Of a stretch of 64,000 nt of DNA, positions 18,259 to 29,535 are shown piece by piece. Each line of letters begins with the position of its first letter. Position 1 is the first letter of the stretch. Source of the stretch: a virus. Taxonomy: Duplodnaviria; Heunggongvirae; Uroviricota; Caudoviricetes. The DNA lies in IMG/VR virus record IMGVR_UViG_2531839402_000001; one strand, written 5' to 3'. The notes beneath the pieces were generated by a model, which saw nothing but the letters and a program-made list of their open reading frames with translations, was not told the origin of the DNA and did no database searches. Position numbers and translations under genes: made by a program.

Positions 18259-20574
18259 TCAGATTTTGCACGCGCCATCGCACTCATCTTCTGGCTCAAC
18301 AACCTCCGCAACTGAAGGTTCGGACACCTGATCGTCGTCGTCACGCTTACCAGCGCCATCACGCGTGTTGTGGTAATAAAGCGTCTTCACACCTTGCTGA
18401 TACGCAAACAGCAGATCTTCCAGCAGCTTCATCATTGGAACCTTGTCGCCAGGGAAGCGAGTCGGGTCGTAGTTGGTGTTCGCAGAGATGGCCTGATCGA
18501 AGAACTTCTGAATGATGGCCACCTTAGTCAGATAGCCGCGGTTATCCGGCATATCCCACAGGTACTCGTACTGGTCTTTCAGTTGCGCGAAGTCCGGAAC
18601 GACCATCTTCACGATGCCGTCTTTGGAAGACTTCACGGACACCGGGCCGCGGGGCGGCTCAATACCATTGGTGGAGTTGGTGATCTGGCTGGACGTCTCA
18701 CACGGCATTTGAGCGGTCAGAGTGGAGTTACGCAGACCATGCTCACGGATACGGCCACGCAGCTCTTCCCACGGCATTTTCAGCTCGAAAGAGGTCTCCG
18801 GGTTGGTATCCAGTGTTTTGCGATAGTGGTCGACTGGCAGCTGGCTCTGTGCGTATTTGGTGTGGGAGAACCAGTCACATGCACCCTTCGCTTCGGCCAG
18901 TCGGCAGCTCGCATCGAGCAAGTAGTACTGAATGGCTTCGAAGGTCTCATGCACCAGCTGGTTGCCTGCAGCGTCAGAGTAGTTAAAACCATTCTTCGCC
19001 AGATAGTAGGCAAAGTTTGTCACGCCAATACCCAGACTACGACGAGCTTTAGCCGGGATTTCTGCAGCAGCCATCGGGTAGTCCTGATAGTCGAGCAGAG
19101 AGTCCAGTGCCGCCACAGCGTAAAACGCCACGTCTTTCAGTGAGTCCAGCGTGCGGATCGCGCCCAGGTTGAACGCAGACAGAGTGCAAAGCGCGATTTC
19201 CCCGTTCGGATCGTCAGTGAACGCCAGTGGCTTGGTCGGTAGCGTGATCTCCATACAGAGATTGGACTGGTGTACCGGTGCAATTTCCGGAACGAATGCG
19301 CCGTGATCGTTCATGTGGTCGACGTTGGCAATGTAAACGCGACCAGTAGAGGCACGCTCCTGCATCAGCGTAGAGAACAGGTCGACGGCCGGGATAGATT
19401 TCTTCCGAATGCTCTCGTCGGCTTCGTACTTCAGGTACAGCTCTTCGAACTTGTCCTGATCAACAAAGAACGCGTCGTACAGGCCCGGCACATCGTGTGG
19501 GCTGAACAGCGTAATATTTTCGTTGCGCACCAGGCGGCGATACATCAGACGGTTAATCATCACGCCATAGTCGAGATGACGAACGCGGTTCTCTTCAATG
19601 CCACGGTTGTTTTTCAGTACCAGCAGACTTTCAACTTCCAAGTGCCAGATCGGATAGAACGCTGTAGCAGCGCCGCCGCGAACACCGCCCTGAGAGCAGG
19701 ATTTCACAGCTGTCTGGAAGTGTTTCAGGAATGGAATAACGCCAGTGTGGGTGGCCTCGCCATTGCGGATCTCACTTCCCAGCGCACGCAGACGCCCAAA
19801 GCCAATACCAATGCCCGCGCGACGTGACACGTAGTCAATGATTGCGGAAGACGCAGCGCTAATCCCTTTCAGACTATCAGCTGCTTCAATCAGCACGCAG
19901 CTGGAGAACTGGCGAGTAGGGGTGCGCACGCCGGCCATAATTGGCGTTGGCAGAGACAGCTTGAATGTACTGGTCACATCGTAGAAGCCTTTGACCATCT
20001 CCAGACGCGTCTTACCGGCGCAGCCATCTTCCCAATTCTGGAACAGGCACATGCCGACCAGCATGTAGAGTTGCTGTGGCCCTTCGTAGATAGCGCCAGT
20101 TACTCGGTTTTGAACGAGATACTTGCTCGCCAGCTGCACGGTGGCGGCATAGCCGAAGTATTCGTCGCGCTTAGGCTTGATGTACACGCCCAGCTCGGCA
20201 ATTTCTTCCTGAGAGTAGTACTTGAGAAGGTCTTCATCGTAAACGCCACGACTGACGTTGCTGACGATGTGATTGTAGAAATTCGGGTAGTCATACTGGC
20301 CGAAGGCGTCCTTGCGGATCTTGAACAGGCTCAGTCGCGCGGCAACCTGCGAGTAGTTCGGGGTTTCCGGAGAGATCAGATCGGCAGCGGACTTTACCAG
20401 CGCCTCATGCAGCTGGCAGGTGGTCATTCCGTCGAAAATGCTGGCAGCAGCGCCCATAGCGACAGCAGACGCGCTAACGTTGCGAATGTTTTCGACTCCC
20501 CACATCACAACGCGGTTGTATTTTTCCTCTGACAACGGCTCAGTGGAACCGTTACGTTTTACGATGCTTATCAT
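18259..20574 (-). CDS. nrdA: Ribonucleotide reductase class Ia alpha subunit
   Basis: Near-colinear with E. coli NrdA (ATP-cone, VRTPTRQFSSCVLIE, NLCLEI, C-terminal CxxC tail). Confidence 0.9.
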   Translation of the reverse strand: MISIVKRNGSTEPLSEEKYNRVVMWGVENIRNVSASAVAMGAAASIFDGMTTCQLHEALVKSAADLISPETPNYSQVAARLSLFKIRKDAFGQYDYPNFYNHIVSNVSRGVYDEDLLKYYSQEEIAELGVYIKPKRDEYFGYAATVQLASKYLVQNRVTGAIYEGPQQLYMLVGMCLFQNWEDGCAGKTRLEMVKGFYDVTSTFKLSLPTPIMAGVRTPTRQFSSCVLIEAADSLKGISAASSAIIDYVSRRAGIGIGFGRLRALGSEIRNGEATHTGVIPFLKHFQTAVKSCSQGGVRGGAATAFYPIWHLEVESLLVLKNNRGIEENRVRHLDYGVMINRLMYRRLVRNENITLFSPHDVPGLYDAFFVDQDKFEELYLKYEADESIRKKSIPAVDLFSTLMQERASTGRVYIANVDHMNDHGAFVPEIAPVHQSNLCMEITLPTKPLAFTDDPNGEIALCTLSAFNLGAIRTLDSLKDVAFYAVAALDSLLDYQDYPMAAAEIPAKARRSLGIGVTNFAYYLAKNGFNYSDAAGNQLVHETFEAIQYYLLDASCRLAEAKGACDWFSHTKYAQSQLPVDHYRKTLDTNPETSFELKMPWEELRGRIREHGLRNSTLTAQMPCETSSQITNSTNGIEPPRGPVSVKSSKDGIVKMVVPDFAQLKDQYEYLWDMPDNRGYLTKVAIIQKFFDQAISANTNYDPTRFPGDKVPMMKLLEDLLFAYQQGVKTLYYHNTRDGAGKRDDDDQVSEPSVAEVVEPEDECDGACKI

Positions 20575-20620
20575 GTATCACCCAATAAAAAAGGCCACTA
20601 AATATAGTGACCTCATGTTA

Positions 20621-20640
20621 ATAGATAAGTACTTACCTAT
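20621..20640. promoter_or_regulatory. Copy of conserved palindrome ATAGATAAGTACTTACCTAT, ~45 bp 5' of nrdA
   Basis: Seen in sequence. Confidence 0.5.
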
Positions 20641-20651
20641 CAATTACCGAC

Positions 20652-21221
20652 TTATAAAATTCCTGCAAGAACATCGCGAACCTGACGGAATTGATCTGTT
20701 TGCATACCGGTGTAAATCGACGCGACAGCGTCCGCAAGGTGCTCGTTTTTATTCACCAGCACTTCCTTACCAGATTGCTTACGGCGCAACCACGGGGCGT
20801 TTGGCTGCTTCTGCGTAGCCCACTGAATGATCTCTTCCTTCGACGTGGTCAGCTTATTCCCGACATAGTGCTTAATCTCGTTTGGCGTGACCTGTATCAG
20901 TGGCTTATCCACGCACGCCAGTACGCCAATACAGATGCCGTATGAGGTCTGAGAGCGACTCGATTGGCTACCAACCGGCAATTCGCAAAACACCATATGA
21001 GCCTGCTCGATTATGGGCTTGGCGGTACGCCAGATTTCATTAGCGCGGCGCAGATCGTCGCTGTTTACGCGAACAGTCTTCTTGTTGCCGCCAGCTTTGG
21101 TTTCCACCAATGTCAGGCCATGAATGTCCAGCTTATCCGTTTCCAGATCCAGCGTGCCAATCGCCAGGCCAAAGTTGCTCATTGAAGGGTCGACGCCGAC
21201 CACACGAATGGTTTTACTCAT
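20652..21221 (-). CDS. RuvC-like Holliday junction resolvase
   Basis: VGVDPSMSNFGLAIG N-terminal motif and RNase H-like fold pattern. Confidence 0.6.
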   Translation of the reverse strand: MSKTIRVVGVDPSMSNFGLAIGTLDLETDKLDIHGLTLVETKAGGNKKTVRVNSDDLRRANEIWRTAKPIIEQAHMVFCELPVGSQSSRSQTSYGICIGVLACVDKPLIQVTPNEIKHYVGNKLTTSKEEIIQWATQKQPNAPWLRRKQSGKEVLVNKNEHLADAVASIYTGMQTDQFRQVRDVLAGIL

Positions 21222-21232
21222 TTTTGGTCTCC

Positions 21233-21979
21233 TTACCACGTAGCCCAGGTTGGGCATTCCATTAGTTTCTGTTCAAGTGTCTTTTCCGGCTCGCGAGTTG
21301 GCGGCTTCGGAATGTCGCTAACAACGTGAATGCTATCGTTGGTTAGAACGCCTGCAGCAATGTCTGCATCGATCATGCTCTGGCCGATGAAATGCCGCAT
21401 GATGTCGATCAGATGGCGTGCAGCCGTTTCATTCGCGCTGAATACATGGGGGAGAAGTACTTCAATAATCGCTACTTCACATCCCTCCTCGTAAAAGCAG
21501 AGTTTCGCCCGCTTTGAAATTGGCGCGTGTCGGTCATAGTCAACAGAGAAGCTGGCGAAAGCAGCACCCGGCATTGCAACGTGATCCGCGCGTGCGTTAG
21601 CGTGTCGAATCAGATTAGTGAATGCGGTGCTGATGTGCGTCTCCATCGCATTGAAGAGCGCATTTTCTTGGATGTTCAGCGTTCCGGTTTCAGGAATCAC
21701 AACGAACCCCGGCCCAGAATGTGGGAGATATCCACCTTCCGTAAATGGATTAATAAGGATCGGCGCAGTGCTTCCTGACGGCAGCATAGACAAACTCGGC
21801 ATCAACGGAGTCGATGACAACAGACTGGTTAATACCGAGAACTGGTCGTCATTGATGTTTTCGTTTTTCCACAAAAGTGCAGGCGCAGCTGCTTTTGCCG
21901 TATGGTGGTTTATCAGCTTTATAGACTGCATCACGGCAAACATCTGCAAAAACTGCGTTCGGCTCAAGTTAAACGACAT
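21233..21979 (-). CDS. Hypothetical phage protein
   Basis: 248-aa ORF, no motif. Confidence 0.4.
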   Translation of the reverse strand: MSFNLSRTQFLQMFAVMQSIKLINHHTAKAAAPALLWKNENINDDQFSVLTSLLSSTPLMPSLSMLPSGSTAPILINPFTEGGYLPHSGPGFVVIPETGTLNIQENALFNAMETHISTAFTNLIRHANARADHVAMPGAAFASFSVDYDRHAPISKRAKLCFYEEGCEVAIIEVLLPHVFSANETAARHLIDIMRHFIGQSMIDADIAAGVLTNDSIHVVSDIPKPPTREPEKTLEQKLMECPTWATW

Positions 21980-23885
21980 AGCTGCGACCCTCTTTGACTT
22001 CGACTGTGATGGTTTCCCGGAACCACGATTTCATCTCTTTGTGGGAAATGATCATCACTGTGCCGCGTTCACGCGCTTTGGCTTCCAGAATCCCCATGAG
22101 ACGCTCCAGACCGGCAGTGTCGAGCGCGTCGTCAATTTCATCCCCGATAAACAGCTCGATATTCTTACTGGCGCGACTGGCAACCAGATCCTGCAAAGCA
22201 AGAGAGCACGCAATGCGTACCTTACGCTTCTCGCCACCAGACAACGTCTGGAAGGATTTGCTGGAGCCTGTTTTGGTTACGCTGATATTGAATTTGTCGC
22301 GATACTCGCCTTTCTTCGTTGTCTCCATTGTCGACCATTCGGCAACGATGTTGCCGTCCGACAGCGTGTTGAGATACTCCGCAGTTCTGATGTTCAGGAA
22401 AGGCGTAACAGAGGTCAGGATGTGTGAACGCACACCAGCTGGGGAGTAAACCTGGCGAGCTTTCTCCAGCAACAGAGCCTGCTCCTGAATACTCTTTAAC
22501 TCATTTTTAAGTACTGAATGATTAGATTTATTGGCAGCAAGGTTGTCTTCATGACGTTTAATAACGGCCAGAAATGGGTTTACCTCTGCCATAATGCGAT
22601 TCATGTCGGTACGTGCCCGCGCCACCATCGCTTCGACGGCCACAACTTCACGTTCTCGATGACGCAGCGCACTTAGCTCATTGGTCAGGCGTTCGATTCT
22701 GGCGATGATTTCTGATACGTCGGGTGTGGCTGCGACCAGTGCAGACTCGATGTCGAGCGCTTTCTCAAGACGAGCTTTGTGTTGAGCCACTGCCGCTGCT
22801 GATGCCTGCGCCTGGCCGATCTCATTACGCGCTTGTTCAATGAAACTCTCCTTTACGGTGGACAAATCTTCTTCGCAGTAGGGCTTTCCGCACGTAACAC
22901 AAGGTGCTCCGACCTTTGTGCCAACCTCTTCTGCTTTGGTTTTAAACGAGCGAGCACGGTTCATCGACTCGTTCTGTGCTGCTTCTGAAGTGCGGATGCT
23001 TGAGCGGATCTCCGTAATCGCACCGCGCACCTTCAGCAGTTTGGCGTCATGCTCTTCTTTGGAGGCCAGCTTGCTGCGTTCGCCAGCAATCGCGTTTTCC
23101 GTATCCCGGATCTGTTCCGGCAGCGAGCGAATTTCCATCACGACTTCGGACAGCGTTACCTCCGCGCCAGCCAAATCGACGCGGGCCTTGTCCAGACGTT
23201 CGCCGCGATCGCGCTCCCAACTATCAGAGGACGCTTTGGCCGCCTCAATCTCTGACTGCGCGGTCTCGATAAGCGTGAGACAGGCGTCCATTTTGGATTT
23301 GGTAACATCCATGCGTGCGGCAGCTGCATTAGCACGCTCGCGAGCAATGGCATAGGCTCGTGTTAACCGGTCGACGCCAGCGGCTTCTTCAACGATGGTT
23401 TTGAGGTTCTTGTCGGACATACCCGGCAGATCAGGCATTGCTTCCTGACTGGCGTAGATGGACGCCATGAACACCTCTTTCGATGCACCAATCAGGCGTT
23501 CAACGAACTCCTGCGTCAGTGTGTCTTTGCCTTTGGTCATATCACCGTCTTCGCCACGGACGATCAGCCGGTTCTTGAACTCTTTGTGTTTGCGGTGGCG
23601 AATGATGGCGTAACGCTTTCCTTCATCCTCAACAGTCACCATCACACGACAGTTTTTCTCGTGACCTGTAGACAGCACGTCGTCACCTTTGACGCCATGC
23701 GCAGTTTCGCCATACAGACACCACATCAGGCTGTTCATCAAAGTCGATTTGCCCGCACCATTGCTGGCAGCAGAAGAGTCGCCACTGTTAACACCCTGAA
23801 TGAGCACCAGACCGCGTTGGTCTAACTCAACTTCGGCGCTGGCTAACGCCATGAAGTTCTCAACCTGGAGCTTTAGAAATTTCAT
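21969..23885 (-). CDS. SbcC/Rad50-like recombination ATPase
   Basis: N-terminal Walker A NGAGKSTLMNSL, long coiled coil, C-terminal signature/Walker B (LSGGEKRKV...LFIGDEIDDALD). Confidence 0.7.
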   Translation of the reverse strand: MKFLKLQVENFMALASAEVELDQRGLVLIQGVNSGDSSAASNGAGKSTLMNSLMWCLYGETAHGVKGDDVLSTGHEKNCRVMVTVEDEGKRYAIIRHRKHKEFKNRLIVRGEDGDMTKGKDTLTQEFVERLIGASKEVFMASIYASQEAMPDLPGMSDKNLKTIVEEAAGVDRLTRAYAIARERANAAAARMDVTKSKMDACLTLIETAQSEIEAAKASSDSWERDRGERLDKARVDLAGAEVTLSEVVMEIRSLPEQIRDTENAIAGERSKLASKEEHDAKLLKVRGAITEIRSSIRTSEAAQNESMNRARSFKTKAEEVGTKVGAPCVTCGKPYCEEDLSTVKESFIEQARNEIGQAQASAAAVAQHKARLEKALDIESALVAATPDVSEIIARIERLTNELSALRHREREVVAVEAMVARARTDMNRIMAEVNPFLAVIKRHEDNLAANKSNHSVLKNELKSIQEQALLLEKARQVYSPAGVRSHILTSVTPFLNIRTAEYLNTLSDGNIVAEWSTMETTKKGEYRDKFNISVTKTGSSKSFQTLSGGEKRKVRIACSLALQDLVASRASKNIELFIGDEIDDALDTAGLERLMGILEAKARERGTVMIISHKEMKSWFRETITVEVKEGRSYVV

Positions 23886-24114
23886 ACAATGCCTCTAACT
23901 TTTTGATTCAAATGCTGGCCTTTTCGCAGTTGAAACTCTGTGTGGGCCGGGAAAGATCTCCGTTTCAGTACGCCTTGTTTGCTCAGTCTTCCCAGATAAA
24001 ACGCCACAGGGTTTCCGTTGGGTGGGTAGGGCTTGTGGAACATCACCGTCTGGCCTCGTTCAAGTCTTTTCATCGTGGAGATGAAGTCCCGAAAGCTCCC
24101 AGAATGGCTCGTAC

Positions 24115-25200
24115 TCACATTGCCTCCGCACTCTCCGCTTCGGTCAGGATCTCCTGACACAGCATGTCCAGCTTGCTCAGGTCGAAGCCGCCGTCAGTGT
24201 CGTGAACGATCTTGCAGTACGCCGCGACGGACTCGCCCAGGCTGTCTATTTTGCTGGTCTCCGCAGTACTGGCAGTGCCTTCCATCATCGATGCCTTGCG
24301 GATGAAGTTGCAGACGACACCCTTCGCGCCCATTGTTTTCAGGACGTTCTGGATTTTGATGCCCTCTTCATCGCTCTCCACAACGGCACGGAAGCGCACG
24401 TAGTTACCACGAATTTGGTCGTCTTCCACATCGTCCTCAAGGTTGACGAACTTGGGTGCGGAGGTTTCGTGGTGGGTGAATGTGCCGTCAGGGTTGACGA
24501 TCATGAAGCCAGCCAGCGAGCCAACATCGCCCCAATTCTGGTGCGTCAGCGCCCCGATGCTAACCACTCCAGGCAGCACTTCTTTGTGGTTGTGGTAGTG
24601 TCCGGACAGCAACAAACGGAAGCCGATATCTTTCAGTTCCTGTGCGTCGATGCCGACATCAGGCATGGTGGGGATCGCTTTGTTGATTGAGGTATGCACA
24701 ACGACATCGTGGTTGTCGCCATCCAGCCCGGAACGCAGTGTTTTGAGGTCGCTGATAAGCTCTGCGTGGTTATTGCGCCAGCTAATCAGATGGACGGTAA
24801 CGTCGCCCACTTTGATGGAGTGAGGACGTTTGCCGCAGACGATTTCCACACCGATTGAGCGCAGAGAGGCCGCTGCATTGGCGCTGTATACGGAATCGTT
24901 GGTTTCGAGGTCGTGGTTGCCGGCCAGCATAACCACTTCGAGGCCCAACTCTTTGATGATCCACTCGTAAGTTTCAGTCACGAAATGCAGGACGGAAGGT
25001 GATATAGCACCACGAACATGGAAAGTATCACCAGCCACCAGCATGTACTTACAGCCCGCAGCTTTCATGGCTTTGGCTGCTTCTTTCGTGGCGTCCAGTT
25101 GGATCTCCAGTCGAGAGTTCAGCCCGTCAGCGTTTGTTGTCGCAAAAGCATCCCAACGATGATAATGGGGATCTGATATCACCCCGTATGGCAATGTCAT
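24115..25200 (-). CDS. SbcD/Mre11-like nuclease
   Basis: Calcineurin-like phosphoesterase motifs (DPHYH, GDTFH, GNHD, GHYH). Confidence 0.75.
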   Translation of the reverse strand: MTLPYGVISDPHYHRWDAFATTNADGLNSRLEIQLDATKEAAKAMKAAGCKYMLVAGDTFHVRGAISPSVLHFVTETYEWIIKELGLEVVMLAGNHDLETNDSVYSANAAASLRSIGVEIVCGKRPHSIKVGDVTVHLISWRNNHAELISDLKTLRSGLDGDNHDVVVHTSINKAIPTMPDVGIDAQELKDIGFRLLLSGHYHNHKEVLPGVVSIGALTHQNWGDVGSLAGFMIVNPDGTFTHHETSAPKFVNLEDDVEDDQIRGNYVRFRAVVESDEEGIKIQNVLKTMGAKGVVCNFIRKASMMEGTASTAETSKIDSLGESVAAYCKIVHDTDGGFDLSKLDMLCQEILTEAESAEAM

Positions 25201-25428
25201 GTGTCTTTTCCTTTGTGGTTATTTTGATACAGATGTTAAGCGTGTTTGAGAGGCGAGCAACCCAGACAACACGGCACAGAAGAAAATCTACAGGCACACG
25301 ATTATGACAAAATATATAAGTAAGTGAATACCTATTTTATGAAGCGGCATAGATTTCTAAATGTTACAAGCCACTCTATAATCGCAGTCACTCATTGATG
25401 ACAACTAAACGAAAAAGGAGAACGGACG

Positions 25429-25932
25429 GTGAAACGCGTAATTATAGGGACGATGGCCATTGCTCTGATCGGATGCGTGCCAAAGCCGCCTCAAGATGAA
25501 AAGTCAGCTGGCGGGTACGTTGATATTTATTCCACTTCAAGCGTAGCTATTGCCCAAGACAGAGCCGACAAATTGTGTGGAAGCCATGCCTATTATGTCT
25601 CCAACGACAATGATTTAACCAAAGTCATGGGTAAATACGCGCCTTCATTCCCAAAAATCCGTTTCAACTGTGATCTTGAAATGGCCGCTTATCTCGGTAG
25701 CAAAGAGGCAAAGGAGATCAAGATGAAGCGCATAGAGGAAGCCTACAAGGAGATGTACAAGGCCCAATATGAGCTGAAAGAAGTGCGCCGTAAGAACGCT
25801 GATCCGAAGAAGCTGGAGTCCTACACAGAACGCGATCCTGACGGCACTATTCGCAGCTACAGCTTCTTGAACGGCAAGTCGTGCGAATCCATCGTATACC
25901 CAGACGGCACTGGCAAAACAACTTGCGATTAA
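25429..25932 (+). CDS. Lipoprotein
   Basis: Signal peptide with lipobox LIGC. Confidence 0.55.
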   Translation: MKRVIIGTMAIALIGCVPKPPQDEKSAGGYVDIYSTSSVAIAQDRADKLCGSHAYYVSNDNDLTKVMGKYAPSFPKIRFNCDLEMAAYLGSKEAKEIKMKRIEEAYKEMYKAQYELKEVRRKNADPKKLESYTERDPDGTIRSYSFLNGKSCESIVYPDGTGKTTCD

Positions 25933-25935
25933 TTC

Positions 25936-25963
25936 TTCAGAAGCACCTCATATGGGGTGCTTT
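25936..25963. terminator. Rho-independent terminator between convergent genes
   Basis: aagcacctcatatggggtgctt hairpin followed by TTTT. Confidence 0.5.
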
Positions 25964-26458
25964 TTACTTTGGATCGCGAAACAGCATCTGCGTGCCTTTG
26001 GGTGACGTGTCGAAAAGGTGAAAACCTCTGCGTTTTAGCATGTCGGCCATTTGCGAGGATTTGACGTAGCACTTCGCCATCATCGGCTGGCTCGGGTTTG
26101 AATCGATCATGTCGGACACCAGCATTGACCCATAGCCTTTCCCGCGCAGCTCTTTGACGATACTGACGGCACGGAGTTCAAGTCGTGGCGCACCGGTTGG
26201 ATCGAGTGCGGCACAGAACCAGATTAGCCCTGCTTTTTTGTCATCAGAACGGCGCAGCAGGATGTAGATATAATGCCCGGAGTATTGGCCCTGCTCGTTC
26301 GTCTGGATGGCCAGCCTGGTCTGCTTCTCAAAGGTTTTACCACCCTTTGATGTGAGGATCTCTTCGTAGAAGTGACCCTTGCGTGCGCCGTCTTCGAACT
26401 CACCCATGATAAATGGCATGTCTGCCACAGTTGCTGCCCTTGAATAAAATTCACTCAT
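25964..26458 (-). CDS. GNAT family N-acetyltransferase
   Basis: Acetyl-CoA motif A (LRGKGYGSMLV). Confidence 0.6.
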   Translation of the reverse strand: MSEFYSRAATVADMPFIMGEFEDGARKGHFYEEILTSKGGKTFEKQTRLAIQTNEQGQYSGHYIYILLRRSDDKKAGLIWFCAALDPTGAPRLELRAVSIVKELRGKGYGSMLVSDMIDSNPSQPMMAKCYVKSSQMADMLKRRGFHLFDTSPKGTQMLFRDPK

Positions 26459-26533
26459 GTATTAATCCCTAAAGCTCTCAGTGTCTTTCTAAGACACCAT
26501 ATTTTATGCCCCGGTAAAACCATGAGTTTACGT

Positions 26534-27178
26534 TTAAAACGTCTCAGAGGGCTTCTGACGCGCTACGCTGATGTCGATTACCCCAGCTTTTGGGCGAGGG
26601 TCGACAAGATTCAACTCTTCAGCACTGTGATACTCCGTATCGAACTCCCGATCGACATGGCGAATGTAGATGGCCGTAAGAAGGCTGTCGTCGTTCAGGA
26701 AGTGTCCGTAGGATTTGCGGATCACTTCGCCAACCTTCTCGATCTTCTCTCCACCCATGCAGAGATGGTTAAACCGGCTGTGTTTCCGCAGCATCTCATC
26801 CACCGGGCCGGAGTAGACCTTATCGACTCTCCCGAACCGGATGATATTTCCAGTATCAGCCTCAACCAGACAAACGAGCTTGCCAGGTTCGACCCGGTCT
26901 CGCCATGTTACACCAGAGCGGAGTGTGTTGAAGTAGGGTGCGTCTAATCCGATGATCGGTTTACGAAATGCCAGCAGTGGCACGTAACGTATGCAGCTGT
27001 TCAGGTGGAAGTGCGCCCCGGCGTCGTGGAGTTTGAGCCGGGTTTCGTTAATCGGGCACTTCGACGCAATGCCGCACAGGTCGCAGAGCAACTTCTGTTT
27101 GTTCAGGCTAGTGTTCGATTCAATGGTGTAGGAGCCATCTTCAAGACGGCGAACCCAGCGCGTGCGTTTGAGATCCAT
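26534..27178 (-). CDS. Hypothetical protein
   Basis: 214-aa ORF immediately left of the origin region. Confidence 0.4.
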   Translation of the reverse strand: MDLKRTRWVRRLEDGSYTIESNTSLNKQKLLCDLCGIASKCPINETRLKLHDAGAHFHLNSCIRYVPLLAFRKPIIGLDAPYFNTLRSGVTWRDRVEPGKLVCLVEADTGNIIRFGRVDKVYSGPVDEMLRKHSRFNHLCMGGEKIEKVGEVIRKSYGHFLNDDSLLTAIYIRHVDREFDTEYHSAEELNLVDPRPKAGVIDISVARQKPSETF

Positions 27179-27264
27179 AATTCTTATTCAAATAGTTTTG
27201 TCCGGGGCAACGATAACTGACAAGGCGCACCGATGTTTGCAAATGCCTGTTTTACTTATACCCA

Positions 27265-27900
27265 TTATTCACAGGACCGATCCAATAATTAGATCCCCAG
27301 AGAGATCCTACAGAAGATCAAAAGAGATCCCCGATCGTCTCCAGCCGTTGCGGTTACTGGCCTGAGAGGGGTTTACTATCCACTATGGGGAGGAAAGTAA
27401 CCTCTGTAGAGAGCATAATAACCGCTATGAAGAGCAAAACAACCTCTCTGGAGAGTGGTCGGTATCCACTGTAGTGAGTAGGATACATTGTCTTAACTGG
27501 ATAACTCAGTGCCTGTTTTTCTACGTCAGGTGGCTGATATTCATAGAGATGTTGGAAGTTTTGCGTTCAGGCGTGTTTGTTTCGACCACACATTATCCCC
27601 AGAAGGGGAGTGATGGCTGGTTTTGCAATTACCTGATTTTTATACACAGGCCCGATCCAGTAATTCAGATCCCAAAGAGAACCAAAGAGACCCACAAAGA
27701 CCCAAAAAGATCCCCGCACCCCGCAAACCGTTGTGCCACATGGCCTTAGAGGTGATCGATATCCACTATAGAGAGAAGATCAGCCACTATGAAGAGCAAG
27801 CCAACCACTGTAGAGAGTAGAAAAACCACTATAGGCGGTAGGATAACCGCTGTGATGAGTGCTACTATCCACTGTAATCAGCAAAGGCCACCAAAGCGGT
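27265..27900. promoter_or_regulatory. Plasmid origin region: two DnaA-box/GATC-cluster modules, each followed by a block of ~21-22 bp iterons
   Basis: DnaA-box-like TTATTCACA (27265) and TTATACACA (27643). GATC-rich heptamer runs (agatccc / gatcc, six GATC in 27290..27340). Iterons with core CCACTGTAGAGAGTAG at 27374..27485 and 27753..27890. Confidence 0.65.
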
Positions 27901-27922
27901 CGAATAAAAAGAGACACTTGGA

Positions 27923-28978
27923 ATGAGCGAAAACGGCAATAAAAACATAGCGATCGTTGAAGCATTCTCAGAAACAGACAAAAAGACCGGTGAAGTTGTT
28001 ACGTTAGTTCCTAACACCAACAACACAGTTCAGCCTGTTGCTCTGATGCGTCTTGGTCTCTTCGTTCCGACGCTGAAATCGACCGCCAGGGGCAGAAAGG
28101 GGCAAATGGTCTCTATGGACGCCTCTGCTGAACTCAAACAGCTGTCTCTGGCCAAAGCCGAAGGGTACGAGGACATAAGGATCTCCGGCGTTCGTCTGGA
28201 TATGGATAACGACTTCAAAACGTGGGTAGGCATCATCCACGCGTTCGCCAAGCACAAGGTTGTTGGCGACACCGTCACGTTACCGTTCGTCGAGTTCGTC
28301 AGGCTCTGTGGCATACCAACGGCCAGATCGTCCGCGAAGTTACGCAAGCGCCTGGACAGTTCTCTAACTCGTATTGCCACAAACACTATCTCATTCCGCA
28401 GTAAAGGCTCTGATGAGTATTACGTGACGCACCTTGTGCAGACAGCAAAGTACAGCACAAAGAACGACACGGTCTCGCTGCAGGCTGATCCTAAGATTTT
28501 CGAACTCTACCAGTTCGACAAAAAGGTTCTTCTGCAACTCCGGGCAATTAACGAACTCTCCAGAAAAGAATCCGCGCAGGCGCTCTACACCTTCATCGAA
28601 AGTTTGCCACCTGACCCGGCACCAATCTCGCTGGCTCGCTTACGCGCCAGACTTAACTTAACCAGCCGCACCATTACCCAGAACGCGACAGTCAGGAAGG
28701 CGATGGAGCAGCTGCGTGAGATCGGCTATCTCGATTACACCGAAGTGAAGCGCGGCAGCTCGGTCTACTTCATCATCCACTATAGGCGGCCGAAATTACG
28801 CCCAGCACTGCCACCAACTAAAGCTGCGCCTGAAGAACCAGAAGACATCTTGCCTGGTGATGATCAGGAGGACATTATCGATGTTGTTCCTGAAGAAAAA
28901 GAGGGTGAGATGGTCATGTTGAGCAAGGAAGAACTGGCGATTCTCGAAGAGCTACGCAAGGCAAAAGCTCGCAAATAA
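27923..28978 (+). CDS. repA: RepFIB-type replication initiator RepA
   Basis: Strong similarity to IncFIB RepA as remembered ([27 protein letters not shown]; [15 protein letters not shown]; [20 protein letters not shown]; [14 protein letters not shown]; [14 protein letters not shown]; [14 protein letters not shown]). Confidence 0.85.
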   Translation: MSENGNKNIAIVEAFSETDKKTGEVVTLVPNTNNTVQPVALMRLGLFVPTLKSTARGRKGQMVSMDASAELKQLSLAKAEGYEDIRISGVRLDMDNDFKTWVGIIHAFAKHKVVGDTVTLPFVEFVRLCGIPTARSSAKLRKRLDSSLTRIATNTISFRSKGSDEYYVTHLVQTAKYSTKNDTVSLQADPKIFELYQFDKKVLLQLRAINELSRKESAQALYTFIESLPPDPAPISLARLRARLNLTSRTITQNATVRKAMEQLREIGYLDYTEVKRGSSVYFIIHYRRPKLRPALPPTKAAPEEPEDILPGDDQEDIIDVVPEEKEGEMVMLSKEELAILEELRKAKARK

Positions 28979-28979
28979 C

Positions 28980-29535
28980 CCAACCACTGTAGAGAGTAGA
29001 AAGGCTCACTATCCACTGTAGTGAGCCTTTTGTTTATCTGAAATCCGCTATCCACTGTAGTGAGTAACAACAACCGAAGAGTAACCACTGTAGGCAGTAG
29101 CGCTCAAATAACGAAATAAATGTTAGTGGTTACAAACCTAGATGAAACAAGGGCTGCGAGGTTAGTGGTCACTGGGTATCTTGTTAAATCCTCTCTATAG
29201 TGGTTATCGTTGTTCCCGTCGTTATTGGCTATCCACTGTGGAGAGCAGAATCGGTTGGCCGGATTTACTAACCACTGTAGTGAGTAGATATCCGCTGAAA
29301 ACAGTGAAGGTTTACTCTCTATAGTGGATACCCGCTGGAGAGCGCATTCCATCACTCTCTATAGTGGTTGTTTGCTGCGAATGAACGCCTGTTTACTCCC
29401 TACAGTGGATAGCGACGTCGATAATCTCCACTTTACTCACTACAGTGGATACCGGATGTCACGGCAGGCGTTTTACTCACTACAGTGGTTATGGGCCGGA
29501 TACGCACGCGGTGAGCTGGCTACTCACCGCAGTGG
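28980..29535. repeat. Downstream iteron field (incA-like copy-control repeats)
   Basis: At least 12 copies of the CCACTGTAGTGAGTA-type iteron in both orientations with irregular spacing. Confidence 0.65.

Noticed and set aside
18370-19143. 257-aa plus-strand ORF
   Set aside because: Antisense inside nrdA, whose identity is unambiguous.
27370-29535. Repeated 19-22 bp elements that could be mistaken for a CRISPR array
   Set aside because: The repeats are imperfect and occur in both orientations with irregular spacing. They flank a RepFIB-type repA and DnaA boxes, so they are plasmid iterons, not CRISPR repeats. No cas genes are present.
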